From positions 60,001-92,000 of the forward strand of contig JAWAHN010000001.1 of assembly GCA_038889235.1 (NCBI GenBank): DNA of 32,000 nucleotides, written 5' to 3'. The notes under the pieces are model-generated. The model made no database searches. It saw only the letters and a program-made list of their open reading frames with translations, and had not been told where the DNA came from. Below are positions 16,546 through 25,585 of this stretch, piece by piece. Source of the DNA: Candidatus Jordarchaeales archaeon (GTDB taxonomy: Archaea; Asgardarchaeota; Jordiarchaeia; Jordiarchaeales; Freyrarchaeaceae). Positions within the stretch are counted from its first letter, which is position 1; each line of letters begins with the position of its first letter. A program made the translations under genes and the position numbers.

Positions 16546-17994
16546 TCATTCCATTTCAACGTGGAACTTGCAGTGCTGGTATCCGAGACCCCAACACTCG
16601 ACTTCCTTGGACGAGAAAGGCTTACCAGTTGACTGCTCCATGAACCCCTCTATGAAGCCTTTCTCTAGCCCGCACAAGCTGACACCTATGTTTTCCTGCC
16701 CAGAGGCGAGGGCGCAAGAGTCTACTGTTACGAGGAATGACTTGTCGCTGAGCACCTCCACGTTGCAGTTCGAGTGTATACCGCTCATTAGCATGAATGG
16801 GGAGTTCATGATGTTCTTTAGCTCTATTATCGCTTCTCTGGCTTCCATTTCCTCGCTCGGAGCCAAGAGCTTGCCTAGCCTTTTTCCTGCAAGTCTCAGG
16901 AAGAAGTCCGCGACAGGGTCTGCCAGCTTTATCGAAGTTACTTGCTGCTGTAGGTTCATTATGTGAGTGTAGTCTGAGATGCCAACTCTTATTTTACGTC
17001 CTTCCAGTATGCTTTGCACCATGTTTCTGAAGAGAGTCTTTATGAGGCGGTTGAACGATTCCTCCCTATCAACCCCCTTCCTGGCCGGGTGCGCGGCGGT
17101 CTTTCTGCCTTCAAGCATCTCTTCGTTTAGGGAGAGCTCGAACTCACAGTAAGACGCGCCTAAACCCCAACAGTCCCTCTCGACGACGTATACGCTTTCC
17201 CCCAAAATTGCCTCTGCAAGCCCGCTGAGCATCCCCGCAGTGAAACAGCAGAGAGGCTCGCCTATTACTGGTACGCCAACTGCCGTTGCCAACTCGTAGA
17301 TTCTTACGCGCCCGTAGCACTCGCCTTCCTCCACGACTTCCGCGTTCCTAGCGTCGAAGACCCCTAACTGGTTCTGCTTCAAGTGAAACCTGTCTATGGC
17401 GGTTAAGAAGTTGCTGAACTTCTTCCTGATAGACATGTAGGGGTCTCCCAGTTCCGGTTTTATGTCGTAAAGGAGGCTTGTGAAGGCGCCCATCTTCCCT
17501 GCGAGCTTCCCTATAGAGTAGAGGAGGTTTCCGGCGCTCGCATCCAGCGAGAGGAGGGATATTGTGGCGAGTTGAAGGTTGCTTATGTGGACGTAGTCTC
17601 CTATGTTCTTCCTTATCCTCTCCTTGGAATTTATGCTTTTAACGAAGTTTAGGTTCGCCTCTATGAAAACCTGCTTCGCGCCTACTTCAAGCCTTTCGGC
17701 TCGGGATGGAGCGCTGCGCAGCACACCTTTCATCAGTGCTTCTTCAACCTCTTTCTCGTCCACCATGCCGGATATCACGGGAACGTCGTCAACTATGACA
17801 TATGGCAGGCTCGTAATGTTGTACTCGTCGATAAGCTCATCATGCTCGTCTACGTCGAATACATTCACTGTTACAAACTCATCTCCGAAAAAGCGGGAAA
17901 CAGCTTTCCTAACCATCCGCTCTACGGGGGCACAGAATGCACAATTCTTACTCTTAAAGAAAAGTATCCTTATCGGGACAGACTCCAATATCAT
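16546..17994 (-). CDS. Thioredoxin-like domain + two V4R (vinyl-4-reductase) domains
   Basis: N-terminal CAFC thioredoxin motif with ITSLPYVIV. Two V4R repeats: CCFTAGMLSGLAE...ERDCWGLGASYCEF and CGLEKGFIEGF...EVECWGLGYQHCKF. Confidence 0.88.
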   Translation of the reverse strand: MILESVPIRILFFKSKNCAFCAPVERMVRKAVSRFFGDEFVTVNVFDVDEHDELIDEYNITSLPYVIVDDVPVISGMVDEKEVEEALMKGVLRSAPSRAERLEVGAKQVFIEANLNFVKSINSKERIRKNIGDYVHISNLQLATISLLSLDASAGNLLYSIGKLAGKMGAFTSLLYDIKPELGDPYMSIRKKFSNFLTAIDRFHLKQNQLGVFDARNAEVVEEGECYGRVRIYELATAVGVPVIGEPLCCFTAGMLSGLAEAILGESVYVVERDCWGLGASYCEFELSLNEEMLEGRKTAAHPARKGVDREESFNRLIKTLFRNMVQSILEGRKIRVGISDYTHIMNLQQQVTSIKLADPVADFFLRLAGKRLGKLLAPSEEMEAREAIIELKNIMNSPFMLMSGIHSNCNVEVLSDKSFLVTVDSCALASGQENIGVSLCGLEKGFIEGFMEQSTGKPFSSKEVECWGLGYQHCKFHVEME

Positions 17995-18096
17995 CGCCCT
18001 TAAAGCAACCTCGCAACTAATTAGGGAAGAGAAGACCTTTAACTTTTTTCTCCCCTACTACCCGGCTGCAAAAAAGGGTTAAGAGTGTTTAGGTCG

Positions 18097-18771
18097 CTAG
18101 GTCACGTATTTCAATATCTCTTTTATGTCAAATGGGTTGACGGTGAACATCACGTGCCTTCTAGCTTCCGGCGTCGGGTTTACTCCTATCGTTAACCCAG
18201 CAATCTTAAACATTGGAACGTCTAAGATGTCGTTTCCTATAGCCGCGCACTCCGTGGGCGTTACTCCTTCCCTCCTGGCTATCATGGCTAAGACTTCGGC
18301 TTTCCTCTCCGGCGTCATAGGATTACCAACAATTCTACCGGTTAAGACACCATTCCTAGACTCTACTGGGTTACTGTAAACGTAGTGTATGCCCAAACGT
18401 CTCTTTATGGGGAGGAAGCCTATGTTGCTGCCACCGCAGCTCACCAGCGCCGTCCTGTAACCCAAACTTCTCAAAGTAGCGAAGACCTCGTCGACGCCAG
18501 GTCTGAGCTTTAGCTGTGCCATCATCCTCTTGACGAACTCGACGGGAACCCCGCGCCATAGCTCGGCTCCACGCCTTAAACCCTCTTCAAACCCTATCTC
18601 CCCCTTTGCCATGGCGCTGTACAGTTTGCGCGCAGCGTCGCCAAACCCGAGCTCTTCGGCGAAACGAATGCTATGCTCGCCGTCGTAAAGCACACCGTCA
18701 AAGTCGAATACTACGACTTTCACGTCAATTTTTCTCTGGCGCAAGCTTTGCATGCAGGTGCACCCTCTCAC
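18097..18771 (-). CDS. HAD-superfamily phosphatase (phosphoserine phosphatase-like)
   Basis: Motif I VVFDFDGV, LRPGV, LVSCGG (motif II), K in PERKAE and AIGNDILD (motif IV variant). Confidence 0.85.
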   Translation of the reverse strand: MRGCTCMQSLRQRKIDVKVVVFDFDGVLYDGEHSIRFAEELGFGDAARKLYSAMAKGEIGFEEGLRRGAELWRGVPVEFVKRMMAQLKLRPGVDEVFATLRSLGYRTALVSCGGSNIGFLPIKRRLGIHYVYSNPVESRNGVLTGRIVGNPMTPERKAEVLAMIARREGVTPTECAAIGNDILDVPMFKIAGLTIGVNPTPEARRHVMFTVNPFDIKEILKYVT

Positions 18772-18929
18772 TAAGAATAACGTAGAACCTTATGCGCCGA
18801 GTAGTTTAAAACCCTTTTCGAACAGTGGAGTCGCTTCACCAACCGTGGAGGTTCATTTTAAACGAAAGGCTTATACTTGTGGATCAAGCTCTCTAGTCCA
18901 TTGAAAAGTGGAAGTGGAGGTTAGGAGTT

Positions 18930-19874
18930 TTGGCTGGCCTTCTGAAGGGTAAAGTGGCCATCGTTACCGGTGCCGGGAGAGGTATAGGAAGGGAGGAAGC
19001 GTTGGCGCTGGCCAAAGAAGGAGCTAAAGTCGTCGTCAACGATCTAGGTGGAGGCTTCGACGGGAAAGGGGAGCATCACGGCCCAGCAGACAACGTCGTT
19101 AAGGAGATAAAGGAGATGGGGGGCGAGGCTGTACCGAACTACGATGACGTGTCTAACTTCAACGCGGCGAAGAGAATAATTGACACCGCGATAGAAGCTT
19201 TTGGAAAGCTGGACATACTCGTCAATAACGCCGGGATTCTGCGCGACAGGATGATTTTCAACATGACGGAGGAAGAGTGGGATGCGGTAATAAATGTCCA
19301 TCTTAAGGGTACGTTCAACTGTACTAGGCACGCGTGCGCCTATTGGAGGGAGGAGGCTAAGGCTGGCAAGCCTGTGGCCGGTAGGATAATAAATACCGCT
19401 TCTGACGCCGGCTTGCTGTACAACCCCGGTCAAAGCAACTATGGGGCTGCAAAGGCTGGAATAGTAGCGTTTACCTTGATAGTGGCTAAAGAGATGGCCA
19501 GGTATGGTGTGACTGCGAACGTGATAGTGCCGCTTGCTAGAACAAGACTAACCACGGATGCAACCCCCTCGCTCAAGCCCCTTATGAGTACTCCTGAAGA
19601 GATGACTAAGAAGTATGGCTACGACGTTTTGAGCCCGTATAGCGTGGCGCCCCTAGTAGTGTATCTGGCATCAGATGACGCTAAGGACATAACGGGGCAG
19701 GTTATCAGAGTAGTTGGAGGAAACATGTGGGTGTTGCAGAGCTGGACGTCAATAGGTCCTGTGACTAAGAAGGGGTTCTTCACTCCTGAAGAGATAGGAC
19801 AGAGGTTGCGGGAGTTGTTAGCGAAGCTGCCGCCTAGGGAGGAGATGGCGCACTTGTTCATGAAGCTGCAGTAA
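18930..19874 (+). CDS. Short-chain dehydrogenase/reductase (hydroxyacyl-CoA dehydrogenase-like SDR)
   Basis: TGAGRGIG, VVVNDLG, NNAGILRD, NYGAAKAG (YxxxK) and SPYSVAPLVVYLAS. Confidence 0.93.
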   Translation: MAGLLKGKVAIVTGAGRGIGREEALALAKEGAKVVVNDLGGGFDGKGEHHGPADNVVKEIKEMGGEAVPNYDDVSNFNAAKRIIDTAIEAFGKLDILVNNAGILRDRMIFNMTEEEWDAVINVHLKGTFNCTRHACAYWREEAKAGKPVAGRIINTASDAGLLYNPGQSNYGAAKAGIVAFTLIVAKEMARYGVTANVIVPLARTRLTTDATPSLKPLMSTPEEMTKKYGYDVLSPYSVAPLVVYLASDDAKDITGQVIRVVGGNMWVLQSWTSIGPVTKKGFFTPEEIGQRLRELLAKLPPREEMAHLFMKLQ

Positions 19875-19956
19875 TCTTTCGCCACATCCTTTTCTTTTTC
19901 AACTCCTGATTAGAGAGACAGGGTTATATCTTTACAGTTTTACTTTTAGCTGGCTG

Positions 19957-20973
19957 TTGCTAGATGCCGTGTTATTCGTGATGTGTGGTGATATTTTGGA
20001 AGAGGTTGCCGCTAACATTTACAAGCTGACTGTGCCGATTCCATTCAGGGGGACTGACTATCTCAACATTTACCTTTTGAAGGAGGATAGGCCGGCTATA
20101 ATTGACACAGGGATCGGCGACCAAGTATCTATTGAGAAGATAGTTAGGGGAATTGAGAGCGTAGGGATTAAGATTGACGACGTTGAGTACATAATCACTA
20201 CGCACGAGCACGTTGAACATTTTGGAGGAAATAAGGATTTAAAGGACATTTCGGGGGCCAAGGTTTTCGCACACGAGGTGGCGGCGGACTCAATAGAGGG
20301 GTTCCACAACGCGGTCTTGGAGCTCGGGAAGATAATTGACTCGATGGAGATACCTGCACCGGAGAAGGAGCGACTGAAAATCATCATGCGCTTCAACCTC
20401 ATGATAAAGGTGACCAAAGTTGACAGGAGATTGAGGGACGGAGACAGGATAGACTTGGGGTCGCGCGAGTTGAGGGTGATACATACGCCGGGGCACGCCC
20501 TTGGCCACATATGTCTTTACGACGAGGAGCGAAGGATACTTTTTACAGGCGACCACGTGTTGGGGGAGGGCACGCCCTTCGTCGGATCGGGATTCGGCGG
20601 CATGTTTTACGCTGCCAGTACGGGGAAAAAATGGTGGTTTGAAGGAGACGTCGACCTTTACATCAAGTCCCTGGAAAGACTTTTGAGCCTGGAGTTAGAC
20701 GCCATTCTCCCAGCTCACGGCCCTGTGTCAACAAATCCGTACGAGAGGATCACTGAAACCTTGAAGAGGAAAAAGTTTAGGGAGAGAAAACTAGTCGAAA
20801 TTCTTCAAAAAGGTAGAATGGACCTCGACACTGTGGTAAGGGAACTTTACGGGGAGACTGACGACATATATCTCGTGAGGGGTGCCACTCTAGGCTACTT
20901 GGGCAAGCTCGTCAAGGAGGGCAGGGCGAAGGTTGTTAGGGAGGGAGGAAAGCTCTACTTTGAGCCGGCTTAG
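19957..20973 (+). CDS. MBL-fold hydrolase with C-terminal winged-helix-like tail (LACTB2-like architecture)
   Basis: THEHVEHFGG (HxHxEH variant), HTPGHALGH, FTGDHVL and LPAHG; C-terminal TLGYLGKLVKEGR. The start may be the TTG at 19996 after GGTGA. Confidence 0.88.
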   Translation: MLDAVLFVMCGDILEEVAANIYKLTVPIPFRGTDYLNIYLLKEDRPAIIDTGIGDQVSIEKIVRGIESVGIKIDDVEYIITTHEHVEHFGGNKDLKDISGAKVFAHEVAADSIEGFHNAVLELGKIIDSMEIPAPEKERLKIIMRFNLMIKVTKVDRRLRDGDRIDLGSRELRVIHTPGHALGHICLYDEERRILFTGDHVLGEGTPFVGSGFGGMFYAASTGKKWWFEGDVDLYIKSLERLLSLELDAILPAHGPVSTNPYERITETLKRKKFRERKLVEILQKGRMDLDTVVRELYGETDDIYLVRGATLGYLGKLVKEGRAKVVREGGKLYFEPA

Positions 20974-22424
20974 CGGGACTGTGGCTCTAGGCACTCTGAC
21001 GTAGAGTAGGCGGCTGAGCCGCCTCTGGTGTAGTAGCTTATGATGTTTTTGAGTGCGTTGGCAGCTCTTTCAACGCTTGGGAAAACCGGGATCTTTGCCT
21101 GCACGAACAGGTCGCGCACGTATCTTTGAGCATCCTCGTATGCCACTTGGGGTATCGCGATGAGCACTGGCTTCGCCTCCTTGACCTTCAAGCACTCCTC
21201 GACGAGCATGTTGTAAAATGTCACAGAGAGCGAGGGGTTGTCTATGAAGTCAGCGTAGAAGGAAGGATATTGAACCGCCAGCTCGAAGATCACAGAGTCT
21301 ATTACGCTTTCCTCTTTCAAGGTTTCGAAAACCGTTTTTATGGCGTTCATATTCATGAAGGAGCCGGCTAAGTCTATGGGGTTCGCCACACTAGTCCCAA
21401 CGCTCTGAACCGCCTTAGATAGTTTCGCTCTCGCACCTTCACTCAGCTGCGGTACTTCAAGTCCCACCTCTGAACAGTAGTCAGAGTTAACTACACTAGA
21501 ACCACCGCTAATCGACACCAGTCCAACCCGCCGCCCCTCAACTCTTGGGCAGAACGTGAACGCGAGCACCGTGTCAACCATCTCGTAGAAGCTTTTGACG
21601 GGAATAGCATTACACTGCCTTATCACAGAGTCCCATATCTTAGGCGACCCTGCCAGGGAGCCTGTGTGCGAGGCGGCAGCCCTACCGCCAACCTCAGTTC
21701 TCCCACCCTTCCAAACGACAACAGGCTTCCTAGCTGCAGCCCTCCTCAAAGAGTTGAAGAAGCGCCGGCCGTCGCGCACCCCCTCGATGTAGACTGCTAT
21801 TATCTTGGTTTTAGGGTCCTCGGCCAAGTAGTCTAAGATTTCGGCCGCGTCAACATCGCACCCGTTTCCAAAGCTCACGACAGTGCTAAACCTCAACCCT
21901 GTGACCTTGCCCATGAGCGCGAAGTTTATGGCGTGCCCCCCGCTTTGGGAGACGAAGCCAACCGGTCCCGGGTCGCGGGGTAAATCGGGCCTGAAAGCCA
22001 GCCCGTGCTCGGGATGGTATATCCCCAGGCAGTTCGGGCCTATTATCCTGACCCCGCCGTCCCTAGCTATCCTCACGATTTCCCTTTCCAGCCGCACGCC
22101 TTCCTCTGTTCCAGATTCACTAAACCCTGAAGCGAAAACCACGACGCACTTCACCTCTTTCTTGATGCACTCCTCCATTATTTTTGGTGTCACGCGGGCG
22201 GGGACCTCGGATATCACCAGGTCGACTTTGTCAGGAACGTCGAGGAGACTCGGGTAGAACTTGTACCCGAAGGCTGCCTTAACGTTGGGGTTGACGGGGT
22301 ATATTGCCCCTTTAAATCCGGCTGAAACGAGCGAGCGGAGGAAATAGAATCTGTTCCTGCTCGTCGAGCCAACCACGGCGACGGATTCGGGGTTAAGCAA
22401 ATCTTTAAACTCGTGCTTCCTCAT
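20970..22424 (-). CDS. Acyl-CoA synthetase (NDP-forming) alpha subunit / CoA-binding protein
   Basis: SVAVVGS, YPVNP, IIGPNCLG, SQSGG, SFGNGCDVD and HTGSLAG (phospho-His). No beta/ATP-grasp subunit in the window. Confidence 0.92.
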   Translation of the reverse strand: MRKHEFKDLLNPESVAVVGSTSRNRFYFLRSLVSAGFKGAIYPVNPNVKAAFGYKFYPSLLDVPDKVDLVISEVPARVTPKIMEECIKKEVKCVVVFASGFSESGTEEGVRLEREIVRIARDGGVRIIGPNCLGIYHPEHGLAFRPDLPRDPGPVGFVSQSGGHAINFALMGKVTGLRFSTVVSFGNGCDVDAAEILDYLAEDPKTKIIAVYIEGVRDGRRFFNSLRRAAARKPVVVWKGGRTEVGGRAAASHTGSLAGSPKIWDSVIRQCNAIPVKSFYEMVDTVLAFTFCPRVEGRRVGLVSISGGSSVVNSDYCSEVGLEVPQLSEGARAKLSKAVQSVGTSVANPIDLAGSFMNMNAIKTVFETLKEESVIDSVIFELAVQYPSFYADFIDNPSLSVTFYNMLVEECLKVKEAKPVLIAIPQVAYEDAQRYVRDLFVQAKIPVFPSVERAANALKNIISYYTRGGSAAYSTSECLEPQSR

Positions 22425-22551
22425 TTTTTAAGCACCATCAGGCGAAATTGTTTAGAACTTGAAAAAATTCAGTTTAAATTAAATTTTTCGCATTAAAAAA
22501 GGGTGAGAATTGAGGTAAAAATAGTGAGCTCTGTAAAGCCATGGTAGCAAG

Positions 22552-23808
22552 TTAATCCGCCGCTGAACTTCTGTCTCTTCTAATCCACCTCTTTTTTCTG
22601 ACTTCATCGGCTAGGCGGCGTGTCATTACTAGCGCTGCGACACCTGCAAGAAGGGACACTGGTCCCGTGGCTATGCCACTTAGCAGGTTAGGGAGGAAGT
22701 CTATTGAGGGCGCGGATATGCAAAGAGCCGTCGCCAGCGGCCCAACTGTGAGAGATAGTAGGACTGCGGCGTGAACCAGTGTGCTCGCCTTTGAAAAACC
22801 GTTCTCAGGTTTCTCCACGAAGCCGAGAGCTACGGGTATCGTTAGGTACGGTATGTAGACGCCGGCGATCTCTATTGTCACATCGAACAGGTATGTGATG
22901 CACGCCTTGTAGAGGTCTGCTGGGAACACTACTAGGACGGGAAGCGCCGTGTGGTAGAATGGTATTACAAGCGGTAGCCCGTAACTCACCCAGAGAGACC
23001 TCACAAGTGACTGTACTGGGTCAAGGAGGGTGATAGACGCAGATGCGAAGTCAAAGCCCGCGAAGGGTATGGGTACTCCCACCCATCTTCTGAAGCCGAA
23101 CTGTTGCGGGATGAGGGTGAAGCATAGGGCGTAGTAGGCTATGTAAAGGAAGTAGTGTGTCGTGAATATCCAGAAGCCTCTGCCATTCACGCGTGCGAGT
23201 ATTGCTAGCCCTATGGCGGTCATTATGAGTAAACCGCCCACTGAAACTGGGTTGAAAATCCATCTCAGGCTGTATGTTGAGTTCCACACCGGGATTCCTA
23301 GCAGTCCTATAGATGGGTGAAGCACGCCGGCTACGACTCCTATGCTCTCAACGCCTCTCTCGATTGCTAGGAAAAACGGTGTAAAGAGGAGCACTAGAAG
23401 TAAAGCTGCACGCTTCCTTAGCTTTAGAAACCTAGCGAAAATGTATCCTAGGAGGGCTGGTAGGGCTCCGTCCGTTATGCCTCGCATCACCGCCGGGAGC
23501 CATGTTGGAAGCCATACTCCCCCCATTAGCATTAGGGGGTTGACCGCCCTTATGCCTGACAGTGCAATGTATACCTCAACGGTCGTCCAGGCGACCGCCG
23601 ACATGAGGAAAACCCAGGCGGCCCCTAGTTCACCTTTCCGGAGTAGGTATGCGAGGAGGGCAAACGTTATGGCGATGACCACCAGCGAGCCCGTGTAGAA
23701 GTAACCGTTACTCGTCCTCACAATGTACATCTGGTTCGACAGAACTTGGTATGCTAAAAGGTATAAAGAGTCAGCCGACAAGCGACTCGACCCCCCAAGT
23801 ATTCTCAT
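22552..23808 (-). CDS. Unknown multi-pass membrane protein, paralog A
   Basis: 418 aa hydrophobic ORF sharing many identical blocks with 23961-25124. Confidence 0.85.
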   Translation of the reverse strand: MRILGGSSRLSADSLYLLAYQVLSNQMYIVRTSNGYFYTGSLVVIAITFALLAYLLRKGELGAAWVFLMSAVAWTTVEVYIALSGIRAVNPLMLMGGVWLPTWLPAVMRGITDGALPALLGYIFARFLKLRKRAALLLVLLFTPFFLAIERGVESIGVVAGVLHPSIGLLGIPVWNSTYSLRWIFNPVSVGGLLIMTAIGLAILARVNGRGFWIFTTHYFLYIAYYALCFTLIPQQFGFRRWVGVPIPFAGFDFASASITLLDPVQSLVRSLWVSYGLPLVIPFYHTALPVLVVFPADLYKACITYLFDVTIEIAGVYIPYLTIPVALGFVEKPENGFSKASTLVHAAVLLSLTVGPLATALCISAPSIDFLPNLLSGIATGPVSLLAGVAALVMTRRLADEVRKKRWIRRDRSSAAD

Positions 23809-23960
23809 CTCTTTCTTTCTGGCTTTATTTAAGCGTTCCTACCGGCTGGAGACTGAAGTCGAAGGGAAAGTTTTATGACTTACTGGAAGATATATGGAGG
23901 GGTGATTCTTTCCCATGCTTTAGAGTTTGGCGGAGTGTACTGGTTGGAGGTGAGGGGTGA

Positions 23961-25124
23961 ATGCTCGACCTCCTATCCAACTTGGTATACATTGTGAGGA
24001 CGGCAAACGGCTACTTCTATACTGGTGCAATAATAGTCGTGGCCTTGACTGTCCTCCTCTTGGTTCACGTGGTTAGGAAGGGCTACAGGGGGGCTTTATG
24101 GGTTTTCCTATTGTCCCTAGTGTCTTGGTCGCTCAGTGAGGTTTACTGGGTTGTTTCAGGGGGGCGGCTTGTAACCCCGGTCCAGCTAATGGGTGGGGTG
24201 GTTGTTCCCGAGCTTGTTCCAGCCCTACTCAGGGGTGTGACTGACGGAGCGCTGCCGGTGCTCTTAGCCTATCTATTCGCCGTGAACCTCCACGAGAAGA
24301 GGTTTAGGTGGGTTGCTGGAGTATTGGGTTTCATGGTCCTCTACCTCTTCATTGAGGGGTTCTTTGAAACGATAGGGGCGCGAATAGGCGTTCTTCACCC
24401 TGCCATGATATTGCTGGGGGTTCCTGTCTGGAATGCGACGTACAGCGTTAGATGGGTGTTTAACCCTTTGTCCGTTGGGGGCTTATTGTCCATGACCGTG
24501 CTTGGCTTGGCTGTGACTGCTTGGAGAAGGAGCTACTTGCTGTGGAAGGTTACCTCGCACTACTTCGTCTACCTCGTGATATACACGACGTACGCTTCAC
24601 TTATGGGGCAACTCGTCGGGTTTAAGCGGTGGGTTGGCGTTCCGCTGCCGTTCATAGGCTTCAACCCCGCTAGCATGGCAATCTCCACACTGGACCCACT
24701 TCAATCCTTGCTGAGGCTTGCATGGGTGAGCTACGGTTTGCCCACCATATTCTCCGTGTATCCACTAGCATTCCCCGTTCTACTCGTGGTTCCAGCCAAC
24801 ATTTATGGAGCCTTCTTAGGATACTTCTTCGACGTCACCATAGAGGTTGCAGGGGTGTACCTTCCGTTCATCGCCTTTCCCGTTATGCTGGGACTCGTCG
24901 AACTTCCAGGTAAAGAAGTTGCGAGGTCTGCAGCTCTGCCGCATACGGCCATCCTTTTATCCTTGACAGCTGTGCCACTCGTCCTGGGGGTCTGGTTATC
25001 TTCGAAGGCGCCGCACTTCCCATCATCTTTCGCTCAGGGAGCTATAGGCTTCCTGGCGTTTCTAGCAGTTGGGTTAGTAGTTCTAGTTGTTGTGAAAGCG
25101 CTGAGGGGGAAAAGCGTAGGTTGA
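23961..25124 (+). CDS. Unknown multi-pass membrane protein, paralog B
   Basis: 387 aa hydrophobic ORF with GGAGGTGA RBS; paralog of 22552-23808. Confidence 0.88.
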   Translation: MLDLLSNLVYIVRTANGYFYTGAIIVVALTVLLLVHVVRKGYRGALWVFLLSLVSWSLSEVYWVVSGGRLVTPVQLMGGVVVPELVPALLRGVTDGALPVLLAYLFAVNLHEKRFRWVAGVLGFMVLYLFIEGFFETIGARIGVLHPAMILLGVPVWNATYSVRWVFNPLSVGGLLSMTVLGLAVTAWRRSYLLWKVTSHYFVYLVIYTTYASLMGQLVGFKRWVGVPLPFIGFNPASMAISTLDPLQSLLRLAWVSYGLPTIFSVYPLAFPVLLVVPANIYGAFLGYFFDVTIEVAGVYLPFIAFPVMLGLVELPGKEVARSAALPHTAILLSLTAVPLVLGVWLSSKAPHFPSSFAQGAIGFLAFLAVGLVVLVVVKALRGKSVG

Positions 25125-25196
25125 AGTGAGAAGGGGAAAGTATTTGGGGAGGGAGCCGGAAATATCGAAAATGAGAATAGCCTAGTGGGATCCGGT

Positions 25197-25535
25197 ATGA
25201 GGTTTGTACTAACCGAGAAGGCGCGGACCTATATTGCTTCAGAGGCAGAGAGGATATCCAGAGAGAACGGTACACCTGTCCTAGCTGTTTGGGCAGAGGA
25301 AGTCTACTCTTGAAGAGGAAGCAGGATTGAGGTGCGTGCAGGAGTGCATTACGAGAGAAAGGTTTTGGAGGCAGGTGGCTTCAAAGAAGAGGAGCCCGTT
25401 GACGGGTTGAAGGTCTACGTGCACGAGGAAGCATACAAGTACCTTCCAAGCGAGGTTCACTTGGACTACTTAGGTTACTGGAGAGGGCTGCGCGTCACGA
25501 ACTACGTCTCCGTGAGGCGCGATGGGACCTGTTAA
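25197..25535 (+). CDS. HesB/IscA-like selenoprotein (112 aa; in-frame UGA = Sec39 at 25311-25313)
   Basis: Read-through translation: MRFVLTEKARTYIASEAERISRENGTPVLAVWAEEVYS-U-RGSRIEVRAGVHYERKVLEAGGFKEEEPVDGLKVYVHEEAYKYLPSEVHLDYLGYWRGLRVTNYVSVRRDGTC. Both halves align by eye to the HesB/IscA fold (LTEKA; U at the GGC-SG Cys position; DGLKVYV; LDY; C-terminal GTC). A SECIS-like element follows the stop. Confidence 0.82.
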
Positions 25536-25543
25536 AGTTGTGT

Positions 25544-25585
25544 GAGATGACCCGCCTCCATAAAGAGTGGCGGGGGCGGTGATCT
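25544..25585 (+). promoter_or_regulatory. Eukaryote-type SECIS element in the 3' UTR
   Basis: AUGA at 25547-50. Quartet U48.U83, G49.A82, A50.G81, C51.U80. Helix CCGCCUCC (25552-59) pairs with GGGGGCGG (25572-79). Unpaired AAA at 25562-64. Confidence 0.8.

Noticed and set aside
25332-25535. 67-aa ORF in the ORF track
   Set aside because: It is only the post-UGA half of the selenoprotein gene starting at 25197.
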